Source: a virus
Strand: one strand, 5' to 3'
Length of the DNA: 64,000 nt
UHGV virus genome: UHGV-1373641
Part shown: positions 1-10,900 of the stretch, piece after piece
Position numbering within the stretch: position 1 is the first letter of the stretch
How the letters are laid out: each line of letters begins with the position of its first letter
Translations under genes and position numbers: made by a program
The notes under the pieces: generated by a model
What the model saw: the letters and a program-made list of their open reading frames with translations, nothing else
Databases searched by the model: none
What the model was told of the DNA's origin: nothing

Positions 1-1405
1 TTATTTGAATATAATTATGATTTATGGGCTTTACTACTAACGAAAATGTTATATCCTCGTTTAGATGGTTTGGGATATCGGAAGCGGCATACAATCTGTG
101 CATCAGATAATGGTACGAATTCAAACTTGCATCAAGTTTTAAGATGTATGCTGGACCTATAAATTTATCTTGAGTTTCTTCTTTTGTTATTTTAACGGCG
201 GTGAGTGTTTTCGCATAATTCGTTCTTTGTTTTTCAGTGAGCGTAGAAATGAATTTACCTGTTTTATTATCATATAAAGGCCGTTCAACGTCATTTCCGA
301 CAGTTCTCATATATCCTTTCGCATCAAAATACGTAGCTTGTGATGCTCTAGTAAACGTAATCCCGTTATTTATAGAAAACTTGTCTTCGGCTCTTGTAAC
401 TTGGGCGGTTCCTTCCGTAGGAATCGGGGATGTTGGTTTAGTATCAAAATCTTCGGCTTCTTCCATTTGGGGACAAGCGTACCAGAAAGCGGATGTTTTA
501 TCTCCATCTAATGTAACATTAAAAGTTCCATTCGCTGTTTTTTCCGCAAAGGATAATTTAATACCTGTTCTCGCCGTAGCTCCAGTAACACCTTTGATCT
601 TAAACCAGATTCGATACCATTTATCCCCCAGATTTTCTAATCTAAAATTATCATCGGTCGCATTAGCTGATTTTAGTTCTATCATACCAGTTTTTGCGTT
701 CACAACAACCCTGCGACCACTACCCTCAATTGCAATATAGTTAGGTGTATCAATGCTAATGTACGGAAAAGGGCTATTTGGATCGGGTCTAAATAAAATA
801 GAAACAAAATAATTCTTATCATCGCTAGGAATTTCACCAAGAGCAAATATTCCTTGGACACTATTTTGAACGGAACCACATCGAAATTTAGTTACACCTG
901 ATTCGACTTTAAACTTATATGACGCACTTGTTTCCGGAGCATGAATGACATTTGAATCCATACCCGAGACACTAATTTGGGAAATGAGGTTCGTCCGCTG
1001 TGGCTCACGAAGCCACCCAAGGCATTCACCCGTAATGGGATTATGCTCAATGCGAGGAACGTTTGCTTCATGCGTCCGTAGAACTCCATCAGGCCCCCAA
1101 CACGTAGCTGATGAATTACGAGTAAACGTGATTTGCGGAGGAATCTTTCCCCAAGAATATTCATATTCATCAGCGAAAAGATTGAGGGAAGGATTCCGGG
1201 GAAGGACGTTAAATAAAGACAGGCTGTCTTGAATTGATCGCCCTTCCCCGGTTGACGAACTCCCGATAAGCACCCATTCAGTACCATTCCAATATTCAAA
1301 ATTGCGTTTTGAGTAATTCCATCTTACGCAATCCGTACTCAGATTTGATCTGAATGATGATTTCATGCCGACAATAACGTCAACTTTAGAAGGTGCTTCT
1401 GCCAT
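1..1405 (-). CDS. Partial tail fibre / receptor-binding protein; C-terminus lies beyond the window start
   Basis: Manual reverse-strand translation from ATG at 1405 (GGAG 10 nt upstream) stays open to position 1 (>460 aa). Absent from the ORF track because no stop occurs inside the window. Lies directly downstream of the gpJ-like gene. Plus-strand ORFs 237..740 and 945..1232 are antisense artefacts of it. Confidence 0.5.
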   Translation of the reverse strand, partial: MAEAPSKVDVIVGMKSSFRSNLSTDCVRWNYSKRNFEYWNGTEWVLIGSSSTGEGRSIQDSLSLFNVLPRNPSLNLFADEYEYSWGKIPPQITFTRNSSATCWGPDGVLRTHEANVPRIEHNPITGECLGWLREPQRTNLISQISVSGMDSNVIHAPETSASYKFKVESGVTKFRCGSVQNSVQGIFALGEIPSDDKNYFVSILFRPDPNSPFPYISIDTPNYIAIEGSGRRVVVNAKTGMIELKSANATDDNFRLENLGDKWYRIWFKIKGVTGATARTGIKLSFAEKTANGTFNVTLDGDKTSAFWYACPQMEEAEDFDTKPTSPIPTEGTAQVTRAEDKFSINNGITFTRASQATYFDAKGYMRTVGNDVERPLYDNKTGKFISTLTEKQRTNYAKTLTAVKITKEETQDKFIGPAYILKLDASLNSYHYLMHRLYAASDIPNHLNEDITFSLVVKPINHNYIQI

Positions 1406-1426
1406 TTCGGGGGATCTCCATTTTTT

Positions 1427-4400
1427 TTATATTCCTACTGCTTTCCATACTACATTTCCGGTAGTACGGACACCTTTATTATTGAAAAGAGACACTCTGA
1501 AAAACTTGGGAGAAGGTATGTCTTGGAATGAAACCAAAGCTACCAATCCCGCATCTTCACTTTCAGGTGCAGCCGTAACTTCCCATATGTCAAGGAATGG
1601 CATTGAGAAATTCACCAAGTTTCCAGTATCATCTTTATTTTCGGGCCATTCGGGGCCGTTCGTATTTGCCTCAGCTAGTGCGACGCCAGAGTCATTTCGA
1701 ATCTTAACATCGAATTTAAGGTTTAATTCGGATACTCGGATAAGTCCTTTGGAACCCGGAAGCATACTAAGCGTAAATCGGATATACCGGAATCTTTGCA
1801 AAAAGACCTGCGTAGCATTTTCGGTAGCCAATTCCCACGGATCACTCTTATCTATTTTATATTCAATCTTTATCGAATATAAGGGTGTTCCGGAAAGAAC
1901 TTGAATAGTGGGGGTAACAACAAGCCTGATGGACTGCATGATTTGTCCATAATCAAATTCTTCTTGATACCATCCCTCTGAACCTGCTGGTTCCATCCAA
2001 GTGGGTCCGGCAATGTCCACCTTGTTTTTCCATGTGGATGCCGCAGTAGTTCCACCAAATCGTGCGATATTTTGTGCCCACGTTTCATTCTCGTTTACGA
2101 TAGGGCCAATCATCCCACCAACGCCGTCAAGAATAAAATTATGACGTGTTCCAGAGAAAACAGAATCCCAATCGTAGAAAAGAACATAATCAGGAGGTTG
2201 AGAAATAACACAGGTGATAGGTGATGCTGCGCCTTTATTTCCGGCTACGTCTACCGGAACAACCCAATATGTATAATTCCCGGATACAGCTTCAAAGATA
2301 TTGACGATTAAAGCGTTGACATTGAAAATAAGTTCCGCGTATTCCAATTCGTCTCCACGAAGTACTTCATAATGATGAATTGGGAAGAATACCGTGGAAG
2401 GTTCAGTCCAAACAAGAAGCGCGTTATTGTCGATGACGGTAGGAGTTATATAAACTCTGCCGGGAGCTTCGACTCGGAAACTCGTTTGACCCCATGCTCC
2501 AGCATTTCCTCCAGTATCCCAACTACGAACCCTGAAAATGTGGTTTCCGGTTTTTTCAGGAGGTACGACTATCTGTGTCGCATTAATCCTTCCGAAAGAT
2601 TCTCCTGTTGTACTATTTTCTATCTCGTATTCAGTTATTGGTAAATTGATTGTTGAAGGCGCTACCCAAGAAATAAGGATTTTATCTTCTTGAATTGTCG
2701 CTTTTACAGTTGGTGCTGCGGCGGCTTTAATCTCGATAGAAACTTCACCCCAATCTCCATAGTTACCGACGATATCTCGTGCTCGGATTTTCCATTCATG
2801 AAACCCGACAGCTCCCGCAGGAACTCGGAAATAGTTGACTTTCGCTCTACCTACCGGAGTGAAATCCCCTTCAACGATTTCGAATTCATCTATGGGGAAT
2901 GCGGACGGAGTAATAGGCCATTCTAACAGAATATCAGCGCCATCAATTCTTGCTGTCGGCTGGACCCTCCCGAGAAGATCCACTTCAATAAATGTAGGAA
3001 CAGCATTAGATTCATTTCCAAAAATATCTATCGCTTTCACTGTAAATTTATACCTACCTACAGGTCTTGGCGACACATATATTGAAGTCACATTAGAAAA
3101 TTCCGTTCTTGACATATATTCATCATGAACTTCATAATTCTTGATAGGCCAAGAAGTTGTACAATCTGTCCAACTCAATTTAAGGCCATCAATAGTGACT
3201 TCCGTTTTAATGACAGGGTTTTTAGGTTTTTGAATAGTAACAGAAACGGGGGCAGGATTCAAGGAAAAATTTCCAAGCGTATCTACTGCGCTAACTGTCA
3301 TATTCAATGTGCCGAATTTATTTGGGACGGGAAGTATGATACTCGTGTCAATCGTTTTCCCTGTAATGTCCCCTTGAACAGCATAGTAATCTATATCAAG
3401 AGTGGCTACGGGATTCCAACTGATTTTTACCCCGGACGGAGGAAGAAGCTCAGCGGTAACGCCGTCCACATCAGGAGGCGGCGCGGTTTTTCCAATAACG
3501 AAATATCCGGTTTGAGTTATCCAATCACTGCTAATTCCCCGTACAGGATCGGTAACTTGGATAGACAAGTCATATAGCTCACCAGACTCCATATTCGAAA
3601 TGACGACATATCCTTCGGATACGGAAGTTCGAACGGTATTGCCCCAAGCTGCTTCTTGCGTTTTCTTTGCACGGGCGTAAACCACACAATCTAACGAGGT
3701 TCCATCTCCAACCTTAAACCAGATACCAACCTGAGGAATGATATTCTGCCCAATCTTAACGAGCATGGACTCATCGGAAATTATCTGTGTAATAGTAGGA
3801 TTAGGAATAGTATAAGTAGGTAGCTTGTCAATAATAATAGGAGGATTCCAAGGAGGAATTTCTCCTTTATCCGCGTCGAGGACTTCGGGAGAATACGGAA
3901 TCGCCTTAATTTCAGCCGAGGAATTTTCGGCGGGCGCAATCTGAGTTACAAGGTATTTATCATTCGCTTCACCCATTAATGATACGCTAGCTAAATCTCC
4001 AATATAGGGAGTAGTAGCATATGTTATTGCAAAAGTAAAATAAATATGGGAATGTTCCTCTCCAAATTGTGGTTGAATTTGATAAGTAACAGTTTTTCCA
4101 TATGGATTTCTGATTGCAATACCGTAAATAACATCACGTTCGCTAAAGACAATGGAATCATCAAGAACGACACCTACGGCGGGAGTATCAATGGGCCTTT
4201 CGGAATTTTCGTAAATAATATATTCCGTCCCTTCCGTATCCTGATAAATCAACCCTACAACACGAGCCGCCCCGAAAGTGTTCATGAGAACGTCATGGAA
4301 AATTTCAATAACGTCTCCGCGATGACACATTCTGTGCTCCCAGTCAGCATTAATTGTAACGCTTAGGGGACGAAGAAGTTGTGATGCTAAATGATATCTT

Positions 4401-6670
4401 CCTTGCTTCCAGTTATTTGTCCACGTAGTAATGCCGGGAAAATCGATTTCTTGAATATCCGTAGCATTGTTTTTATCAAATCCGTCCGCATAGCAAAAAT
4501 CCTCCGATTGCAAGAAATTATTTTCACTATTAACAAATTTGATTCTAAGAGCATGAGGGACGTTAGGAAAAAGTTTCTCCATGCTGAATCCCCAACTATT
4601 ACGCTGGTTGAATTGCTGCACAGGAGTTTTATTCTTATCGTCAATCACCACACCATATTTTCCATCTATTTCTGTGGTTACGGAAGCACGCGCTGCCGCA
4701 GCGATCTGAGTAAGACGTGACCACAGATTCTCTTCTGTATCACAAACAAAATCGAAAGTCCACCCCATTCGGGTACAATACTTATGAAACTCACGTAGCG
4801 TTGGTTCGTCAAGCTTGTCTTCCGTATAAGGAGAATTTAAAGCATGACGGGATGTCAATACATACCTATAAGCAGATGCAGGATTTCTCGTCTCCCTCCA
4901 TTCCCACGTATTATTGCTAGTATTAAAGTCTGGAATCAGTGCCGTGCAAATAGCATTAAAGTTATCGACGTATCCAGAAAGCTGTTCCGATGCCTGAATA
5001 CGCAATTCAGAAACACATACGGGAACAGGAGTTGAAAAAGATTGACGATTTACAATAGCCCTTTTCGTCGCCCACGTAGCTTCATCATAGATATACTTAT
5101 TTGAATTATCATCAGTAAGTCTTCGAATACGAACATCATAATCTCCGTGAGGAACATTCACAGTATAGGTACGGGTCAAGGGCTTTAATTGCTGTCCAGT
5201 GATGGCAAATTTGTTAATGCCATTCACATATTGGTCAGGAATGACAATTTCATAAGTCGAATAATCATAAACTTCGACGCAAGTATAACTCCAATAAGGA
5301 CTACCTAATCCATATCCGCATTTTTTCGTATAATGTTTTACTTCATTAATATACGGAGCGGCACCGGACACAGAACTTACCCGCAAGTCTTCGCAAGTAT
5401 ATGAATATGTATATGTTACCCGCTGTCTTCCATCATCATCAAATTCATAATGAGGAGTTGATACAAGAATAACTTTTGCTAATGGAACGGTATTAACTGG
5501 AGCTGTTTCTCCATCAGCCATATTGATATTACCAGAAAAATCACTATAGACAATAGAGTTTCTTCCGGCGTTTAAATAAAAGCCAGTTTTTCTTTTAAGC
5601 TCGATAGATGTCCCACGAATAGGGAATGACCCTCCGACAAGTCCTTTCCATACCGTATCATTCTTTAATTTATATTCAGCTTCAAACTCAACGGTACGAT
5701 CATAGTTATCTCCATTTTTCTCATTGATGGAAGTCAGCCCTTTGGAGAATGTGATGTCTAAGCTGATTGTATCGCATTCTCCCATTGTCCGAGTAATATA
5801 TCCAGCTTCTTTCGAGATTAAAGTCCCCACGGTTTCTTCATTAAAGGATTTGCCAAAATAGACAAGCCCTTCACCAGTGGTAGAAGGATGGAATCTGTGG
5901 TCAATATTTTTAAAGTTTTCTAAAGGCGTATCCCCAATTTTAAAATCTCTTACGGACATATCTGGGTGCCCCCAGATAACGCACATATTGAAATAGGTTT
6001 TATCCGATTCAATATTCGTCCAAGATTTCGCTGCCAAAGGAGGAGTGACCTTATTCCTTCCGAAGATAAGAGGAACAAAACCATATGGGTTCGCTCCGTT
6101 TCTTGCCCCGGAAATAGAATAGGTAGGAGATTCTTTTTCGGAAGATTTAGGTCCGCTAAGTTTAGGCGTTGCAGGAGGGCAAAGCATATTGACAGCGAGT
6201 GAGCCAACCGTTAAGATACCAAAACTTACTGCGGCACCAGTCCAAGTCAAGGCTCCCGCCGCTGTCATCAACCCCCATGAAGCCGGAGCAAGTACGGGCA
6301 CTGCGATAGCAGCGACAGCTACAACAATGTTAAGGATTGTAGCAAAAGGATTTTTACCGCCACCTTTACCGGGCTTAATGAAAAATTCGACACGCTGACC
6401 ATCCGCAGGATAAGTAACAGCCCATTTTTCTTTAGGGATATTGATAAAATCCACACGGCAAACACAATGCTTCTTTAGATATTCGGCATATGCGGGAGTA
6501 ATAGCTTGGTTAGCCCGAAGAATTTTTACGGAGTCTGTGATGATGTTTTCAAGGGATTGTCCTTCTTGGACTGTGAGCGAGACACGAGACGAACTTGCCC
6601 AATGCCGACCAAGAACTGTGATTTCCCCTCTTTTACGAGAGGCTCGCTTTTTCATTGCTTTACCGCGCAT
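1427..6670 (-). CDS. Host specificity / central tail fibre protein (lambda gpI-gpJ-like fusion) with repeated FN3/Ig-like beta domains
   Basis: 1747 aa. N-terminal region has a gpI-like hydrophobic segment (AVAAIAVPVLAPASWGL). The middle is a long beta-rich region with repeated ~90-aa modules. Position is immediately after the NlpC/P60 K-like protein, in lambda tail tip order M-L-K-I-J. Confidence 0.8.
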   Translation of the reverse strand: MRGKAMKKRASRKRGEITVLGRHWASSSRVSLTVQEGQSLENIITDSVKILRANQAITPAYAEYLKKHCVCRVDFINIPKEKWAVTYPADGQRVEFFIKPGKGGGKNPFATILNIVVAVAAIAVPVLAPASWGLMTAAGALTWTGAAVSFGILTVGSLAVNMLCPPATPKLSGPKSSEKESPTYSISGARNGANPYGFVPLIFGRNKVTPPLAAKSWTNIESDKTYFNMCVIWGHPDMSVRDFKIGDTPLENFKNIDHRFHPSTTGEGLVYFGKSFNEETVGTLISKEAGYITRTMGECDTISLDITFSKGLTSINEKNGDNYDRTVEFEAEYKLKNDTVWKGLVGGSFPIRGTSIELKRKTGFYLNAGRNSIVYSDFSGNINMADGETAPVNTVPLAKVILVSTPHYEFDDDGRQRVTYTYSYTCEDLRVSSVSGAAPYINEVKHYTKKCGYGLGSPYWSYTCVEVYDYSTYEIVIPDQYVNGINKFAITGQQLKPLTRTYTVNVPHGDYDVRIRRLTDDNSNKYIYDEATWATKRAIVNRQSFSTPVPVCVSELRIQASEQLSGYVDNFNAICTALIPDFNTSNNTWEWRETRNPASAYRYVLTSRHALNSPYTEDKLDEPTLREFHKYCTRMGWTFDFVCDTEENLWSRLTQIAAAARASVTTEIDGKYGVVIDDKNKTPVQQFNQRNSWGFSMEKLFPNVPHALRIKFVNSENNFLQSEDFCYADGFDKNNATDIQEIDFPGITTWTNNWKQGRYHLASQLLRPLSVTINADWEHRMCHRGDVIEIFHDVLMNTFGAARVVGLIYQDTEGTEYIIYENSERPIDTPAVGVVLDDSIVFSERDVIYGIAIRNPYGKTVTYQIQPQFGEEHSHIYFTFAITYATTPYIGDLASVSLMGEANDKYLVTQIAPAENSSAEIKAIPYSPEVLDADKGEIPPWNPPIIIDKLPTYTIPNPTITQIISDESMLVKIGQNIIPQVGIWFKVGDGTSLDCVVYARAKKTQEAAWGNTVRTSVSEGYVVISNMESGELYDLSIQVTDPVRGISSDWITQTGYFVIGKTAPPPDVDGVTAELLPPSGVKISWNPVATLDIDYYAVQGDITGKTIDTSIILPVPNKFGTLNMTVSAVDTLGNFSLNPAPVSVTIQKPKNPVIKTEVTIDGLKLSWTDCTTSWPIKNYEVHDEYMSRTEFSNVTSIYVSPRPVGRYKFTVKAIDIFGNESNAVPTFIEVDLLGRVQPTARIDGADILLEWPITPSAFPIDEFEIVEGDFTPVGRAKVNYFRVPAGAVGFHEWKIRARDIVGNYGDWGEVSIEIKAAAAPTVKATIQEDKILISWVAPSTINLPITEYEIENSTTGESFGRINATQIVVPPEKTGNHIFRVRSWDTGGNAGAWGQTSFRVEAPGRVYITPTVIDNNALLVWTEPSTVFFPIHHYEVLRGDELEYAELIFNVNALIVNIFEAVSGNYTYWVVPVDVAGNKGAASPITCVISQPPDYVLFYDWDSVFSGTRHNFILDGVGGMIGPIVNENETWAQNIARFGGTTAASTWKNKVDIAGPTWMEPAGSEGWYQEEFDYGQIMQSIRLVVTPTIQVLSGTPLYSIKIEYKIDKSDPWELATENATQVFLQRFRYIRFTLSMLPGSKGLIRVSELNLKFDVKIRNDSGVALAEANTNGPEWPENKDDTGNLVNFSMPFLDIWEVTAAPESEDAGLVALVSFQDIPSPKFFRVSLFNNKGVRTTGNVVWKAVGI

Positions 6671-7079
6671 CTACGTGCCTCAAAATTCTCGTAATTCTGT
6701 TTTTCCATTCGGACGTATCGTACCTACGAATCGTACTATGCGCCCCTTCAAGTATGTCCAAAAGCCATCCATCCTCAACCCAAAGTCCGATATGTGTTTC
6801 AAGACCTCCAGTCCTAAAAATAATAATATCAAGAGGTTTGCGAGGCTCATTCGTAACGTCTATATAGCAACCAAGATCAATGTTCTTTTTTACCGTGGAG
6901 TTTACGTCTTTTCTACGATACGCATGAGAATAGGAATCCCCGAGCCACGGAAGATCAATGCCAAGCTCCTCTTTATACACGAGAAGCACAAGGCCGTAGC
7001 AATCACAGCCTTCGGAAGTTATTCCGTGATCCACAAAAGGGATTCCTATGTATTTTGAAAACTTGTCTCTCATTTTCAT
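6660..7079 (-). CDS. Tail assembly protein K-like, NlpC/P60 family peptidase domain
   Basis: Cys-His NlpC/P60 signature GCDCYGLVLLVYKEELGIDLP...H. Position between L-like and J-like genes. Confidence 0.7.
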   Translation of the reverse strand: MKMRDKFSKYIGIPFVDHGITSEGCDCYGLVLLVYKEELGIDLPWLGDSYSHAYRRKDVNSTVKKNIDLGCYIDVTNEPRKPLDIIIFRTGGLETHIGLWVEDGWLLDILEGAHSTIRRYDTSEWKNRITRILRHVDAR

Positions 7080-7082
7080 GTT

Positions 7083-7619
7083 TTATCCGTTATAAAAAAG
7101 ACTGTAAAAATATGCTTGAACAAATCTAAGCCACGGCACGGGTTCTTGAGAAGCCGTATTCAAGGAAATGCTGGCATCTACAGTTTGGGCGTTGATTGTT
7201 ACGGAAGATAAATCAAATTCCGGATACACAGTATCAACAATATCCGGAAAAGCGGTGGTAACTATTTCAAAAGTTACTTTAGGAGTGCGTCGATCTGTTT
7301 TAACAAGATACGGTGCTATATACCGAGAAACATTGTCGATTGAAATTTTGCATTCAGGAGGTGTCTCTTGTCTGGAGTCCGGGGCAATAGCTCTCATGGG
7401 AATATAAAGAAATTCTTTGCCACGGGATATCGTTCCGTAGATAGGAAGATTAGTTTCCGTATCATTCCTGAGAAAAACCGTAGGGTCGGACGATAGATAA
7501 ATAGGTTCCGTCCAGCTTGGATGCGTAATTGTCAAAAGAACTATGTCGGCGTTATCCGTTTCCTGCGCCATCATCGACGCCACCGTACTAGGCGAGAGGG
7601 GCATCGTAAAAAACCTCAA
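7083..7619 (-). CDS. Minor tail protein L-like
   Basis: N-terminus QETDNADIVLLTITHP resembles lambda gpL N-terminus (QETLNE...VVLWEIDLT). Order after M-like. Likely true start at an internal Met near 7604. Confidence 0.55.
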   Translation of the reverse strand: MRFFTMPLSPSTVASMMAQETDNADIVLLTITHPSWTEPIYLSSDPTVFLRNDTETNLPIYGTISRGKEFLYIPMRAIAPDSRQETPPECKISIDNVSRYIAPYLVKTDRRTPKVTFEIVTTAFPDIVDTVYPEFDLSSVTINAQTVDASISLNTASQEPVPWLRFVQAYFYSLFYNG

Positions 7620-7974
7620 AGGTAAAATCTACTTTCCATAGGCCGGGAGCGATGAAATTTATTTCATACAATTCCGTGTCCGACTTCGGCATTATACGTA
7701 CTTTTACATTTTTGTCAAGTCTAGGATGAGGAAATTCAAAGGCTTTTGCCCCACCGCCAAGAATTGTTCGGATAAAGGTTTCTAATTTTTTAGTAGCTGC
7801 CGTAGTCATTTTAAAAGATACATTCATTTTTCCGGGAGTCGCGCTTCCCCTCCGTCTAACTTTACTCGGACCTGTATCCATAGTAGACACAAGAAGGTTG
7901 GACGGCATTGATTCGGAGTACCCTCCGTCTGCGAAGGGTACTTGAGGAAGATCTGCGGGCCAAATAATACTCAT
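7588..7974 (-). CDS. Minor tail protein M-like
   Basis: Motif QVPFADGGYSESMP matches lambda gpM KVRFGDGYSQRAP. Probable start at Met (MSIIWPADLP) at 7974, just after the tape measure stop. Confidence 0.6.
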   Translation of the reverse strand: MSIIWPADLPQVPFADGGYSESMPSNLLVSTMDTGPSKVRRRGSATPGKMNVSFKMTTAATKKLETFIRTILGGGAKAFEFPHPRLDKNVKVRIMPKSDTELYEINFIAPGLWKVDFTFEVFYDAPLA

Positions 7975-7978
7975 ATAA

Positions 7979-10900
7979 TCACCGCTTAATCGTCGGGGGA
8001 GTAGCCCCGGTTTGAGTTCTGATAGCATAATTGGCTTTGGTGCCGGGAGTAAGCATCTGCTGTGCAGCGACATCACCAATTATAACATCTATGCTTTTTG
8101 ACCCATTTGCATTCTGAGTTTGTTTGGTTTGCGCCTTTTGACCAGTAGAGTTATAAACATTTACAAACACCTCGGAAGATGAAGAAGATGTGGGTCGGCT
8201 CGACTCATTTTCTCGTTTGGAAATGACGCCGAGTTTACCTGAGCTTGTTCTCGTCAAAGGCATAATAGCTTCGGGTCCAGCTTCTCCCATCAATCCAGCA
8301 CCATTGGCATACTGGCTGATTTCTTTTCCGTAAGAGAAAAGAGTCGGTGAAGTTACTATCGAATTGCTATGACCAGAAATTCCAGTCATCACGCCACCAT
8401 TGGCTTTTCTATTAATACCGCCGAACCAAGACGAGAATGAAACCGCATTATCGGCACCGCCTCCACCGCCAATACCTCCGGTGAAGAGGCCAAGCGCAGA
8501 TTGGAGAATGCCGGACATAAGCTGTTGCGCAAGCAATTTTGACAGGCTTCTGATCATGTCATTGACCAAGCTATCAAATGCCTCTCCGAAGGACTTAAAG
8601 TCTCGCATACCTCCTACCACAAAATCAGATAAGGCGGCAGCCATGCTATCCGTAGTAGAGGTTACTACTTCTCCCAATCCAAGAGCATAGTTCTTGTGCT
8701 GATCATAGTAGTCTTTGATACCAAGTTTCAGATTATCTAAAACACCACCAGACGTACGGATTCTCTGTTCCGCCATCCATTCATCAATACGGGCAACGGT
8801 ATCGGCATATTCTTGTTCAGCGGCGATTCTTTCTTCTGTGGAAGAGAACGCGGAATTGGATATAGACCTATAGAGCTTCTCAGCGGTGTCTTTCCATTGC
8901 TTAGATTGCTTTTCATAGGATTTAAGTGCGGCCTCACCCTTATCGCCAGAAACGATTTCGGAATAAGCCCTTTCAAAGTCCATCAACTTTTCACGAAGAT
9001 CATCGACAGCTTTTTTTTCTTTTTCCGCTTGCTTGGCGAACAATCCTTCTTTGAGCTTGTTGCTCAGGAACTCTTGCGCCTCAGCAACGGAATGTAATCC
9101 ATCAGGAAGCTCATCTTTGTAGATTTCCGCGACTTTTTTAATATCAAGTTTATGTGTAGCCAGTGAAGCGTTTAATTTTTCAATTTCGGCTTCAACAATT
9201 TTTGCGAAGTTCGTTTCGGTTCCAAACAACTTCTGTACGCGAACATCAAATCCTTCAATATCAAATTCAGGGATTTTCTTTGGCTTTTTATTTGCGTCTC
9301 TTTTTGCTTTGCGATTAGCCTCTTCTGCGGCAACAAGAGCTTCGGATTTTTCAGCGATTTCTTTATAGACTTTAGCTACATCTGCGGCTATTTTATTTCC
9401 TTGTGCATTAAGGAGATTCGTAAAATCACCGGATTCTATAGCTTCTAATATCTGTTTCTCCTGCCCTTTTTGAAGTTCTTTCATTGATGAAAGAGTAGTC
9501 AAAGCAGCACGAGAGGTCTTACTCCCTACTGTTGCTAATTTACCTTCAATAGCAGCGAGTTTTTGTTCCGCAGATTGGAGTGCCGCAACAGACAACGCAG
9601 AATTTAGTTTTGTTCTAAACTCGTCAATATCTTGAGATGAAAGATGGAAAGTCTCCCCAAGTTTTTCAATAATTGAATCGAGAGTAGAAGCGTCCGCTCC
9701 AGAAGATACTGCCGCCTCAGCTACAAGCCGGAAAGCGTTATCAAGTTGACCAGATTGACTAGACATAGAATCAAAAGCTGATTCAAGCTCTCTCATCTTT
9801 TCTTCGGTCAAAGTATTGGCGTTCTGCTGTTCAGTATATGCTGCAAGGAGATTCCGAGTCTTGTTTTCCAACTGCTCTTGAGCTTCGGACATTTGGAGAA
9901 GTCCGCGAATCTGAGCCTCGAAGTCTTCCTGCCCGGCAAGCTGCTTGCCAAATTCTGTGGTCTTTGTTCCTTTACGAATAGCTTCATAGGCTTCCGCGAA
10001 TTTAGCTATGCTATTCCCGCTTTTGTTCGCTTCTCCGGTGAGTGCTTCCAACGCCGCTTTAGCTGCATCTGCGGTATCTTTTGCATTGAGAATGGCACCA
10101 CCGAAATTATCCCATTGCTTAATGACCTCTTCGGATGCACCAGCTTCTTTCATGCCATCTTTGATAGTACGGAACATGATCTTGAAACGATCAAGAGTGT
10201 TCTTAATCATTTCATCTCTGGCTTTCGGGTCGGTTTCTTCGTTTAATGCTTTATCAATAGCATCACGAGTCTCTTTAGCAAGCTTAACGGCTTGACTTCT
10301 TAATGTAAAGAGAGCTTCTGAATCAGTATCGGAAAGAGGCCCGAGTATGGAATCAAAAAAACTAATCACCTTAGTAGAAGAGAATACGTTAGGAAGCTCT
10401 TGAAGGGCTTGGATAAAGTCCATCTGGCGCTTTACGTATTCACCGCTAAGATATTGTTCTTGGAGTCGTTTATTGGAATTTGAAAGATTGTTCTGGCTTG
10501 CCGCAGCCTTTTCAGACTTACTGGCAATCTCGTCGAAGCTCTTGGCATATCCGGAAATAAACTTTTCGGAGTCAGACATCTGGTTGCTAAGAGCGTATGC
10601 CGCAGTACCTACAGCGACTAGCGCAGTGACGGTAAGCGCGATAGGATTGGCGTTAAAAGCAAGTGCGAATTTAGCGATTACAGCTTGTGCGGCTTTCATT
10701 ATGCCGGAAGTTTCCGCTGCGGCTACTCCAGTTAAAGTGAAAGCAGTCCTGAGATTCTTGAGCGCATCTACCGCAACACCGAAAGCCGTAGTAACTTTAA
10801 GCGTTGTATATACAATCCCAATCCACTTCACGAAATTCATTATTGAATCAATGTTCTGTCCAATGAATTTCGTAATTTCCGTAAGTACGCGAATAAAAGC

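Noticed and set aside
237-1904. Plus-strand ORFs 237..740, 945..1232 and 1365..1904
   Set aside because: Low-complexity translations antisense to the reverse-strand tail fibre genes. No RBS, and opposite to operon direction.
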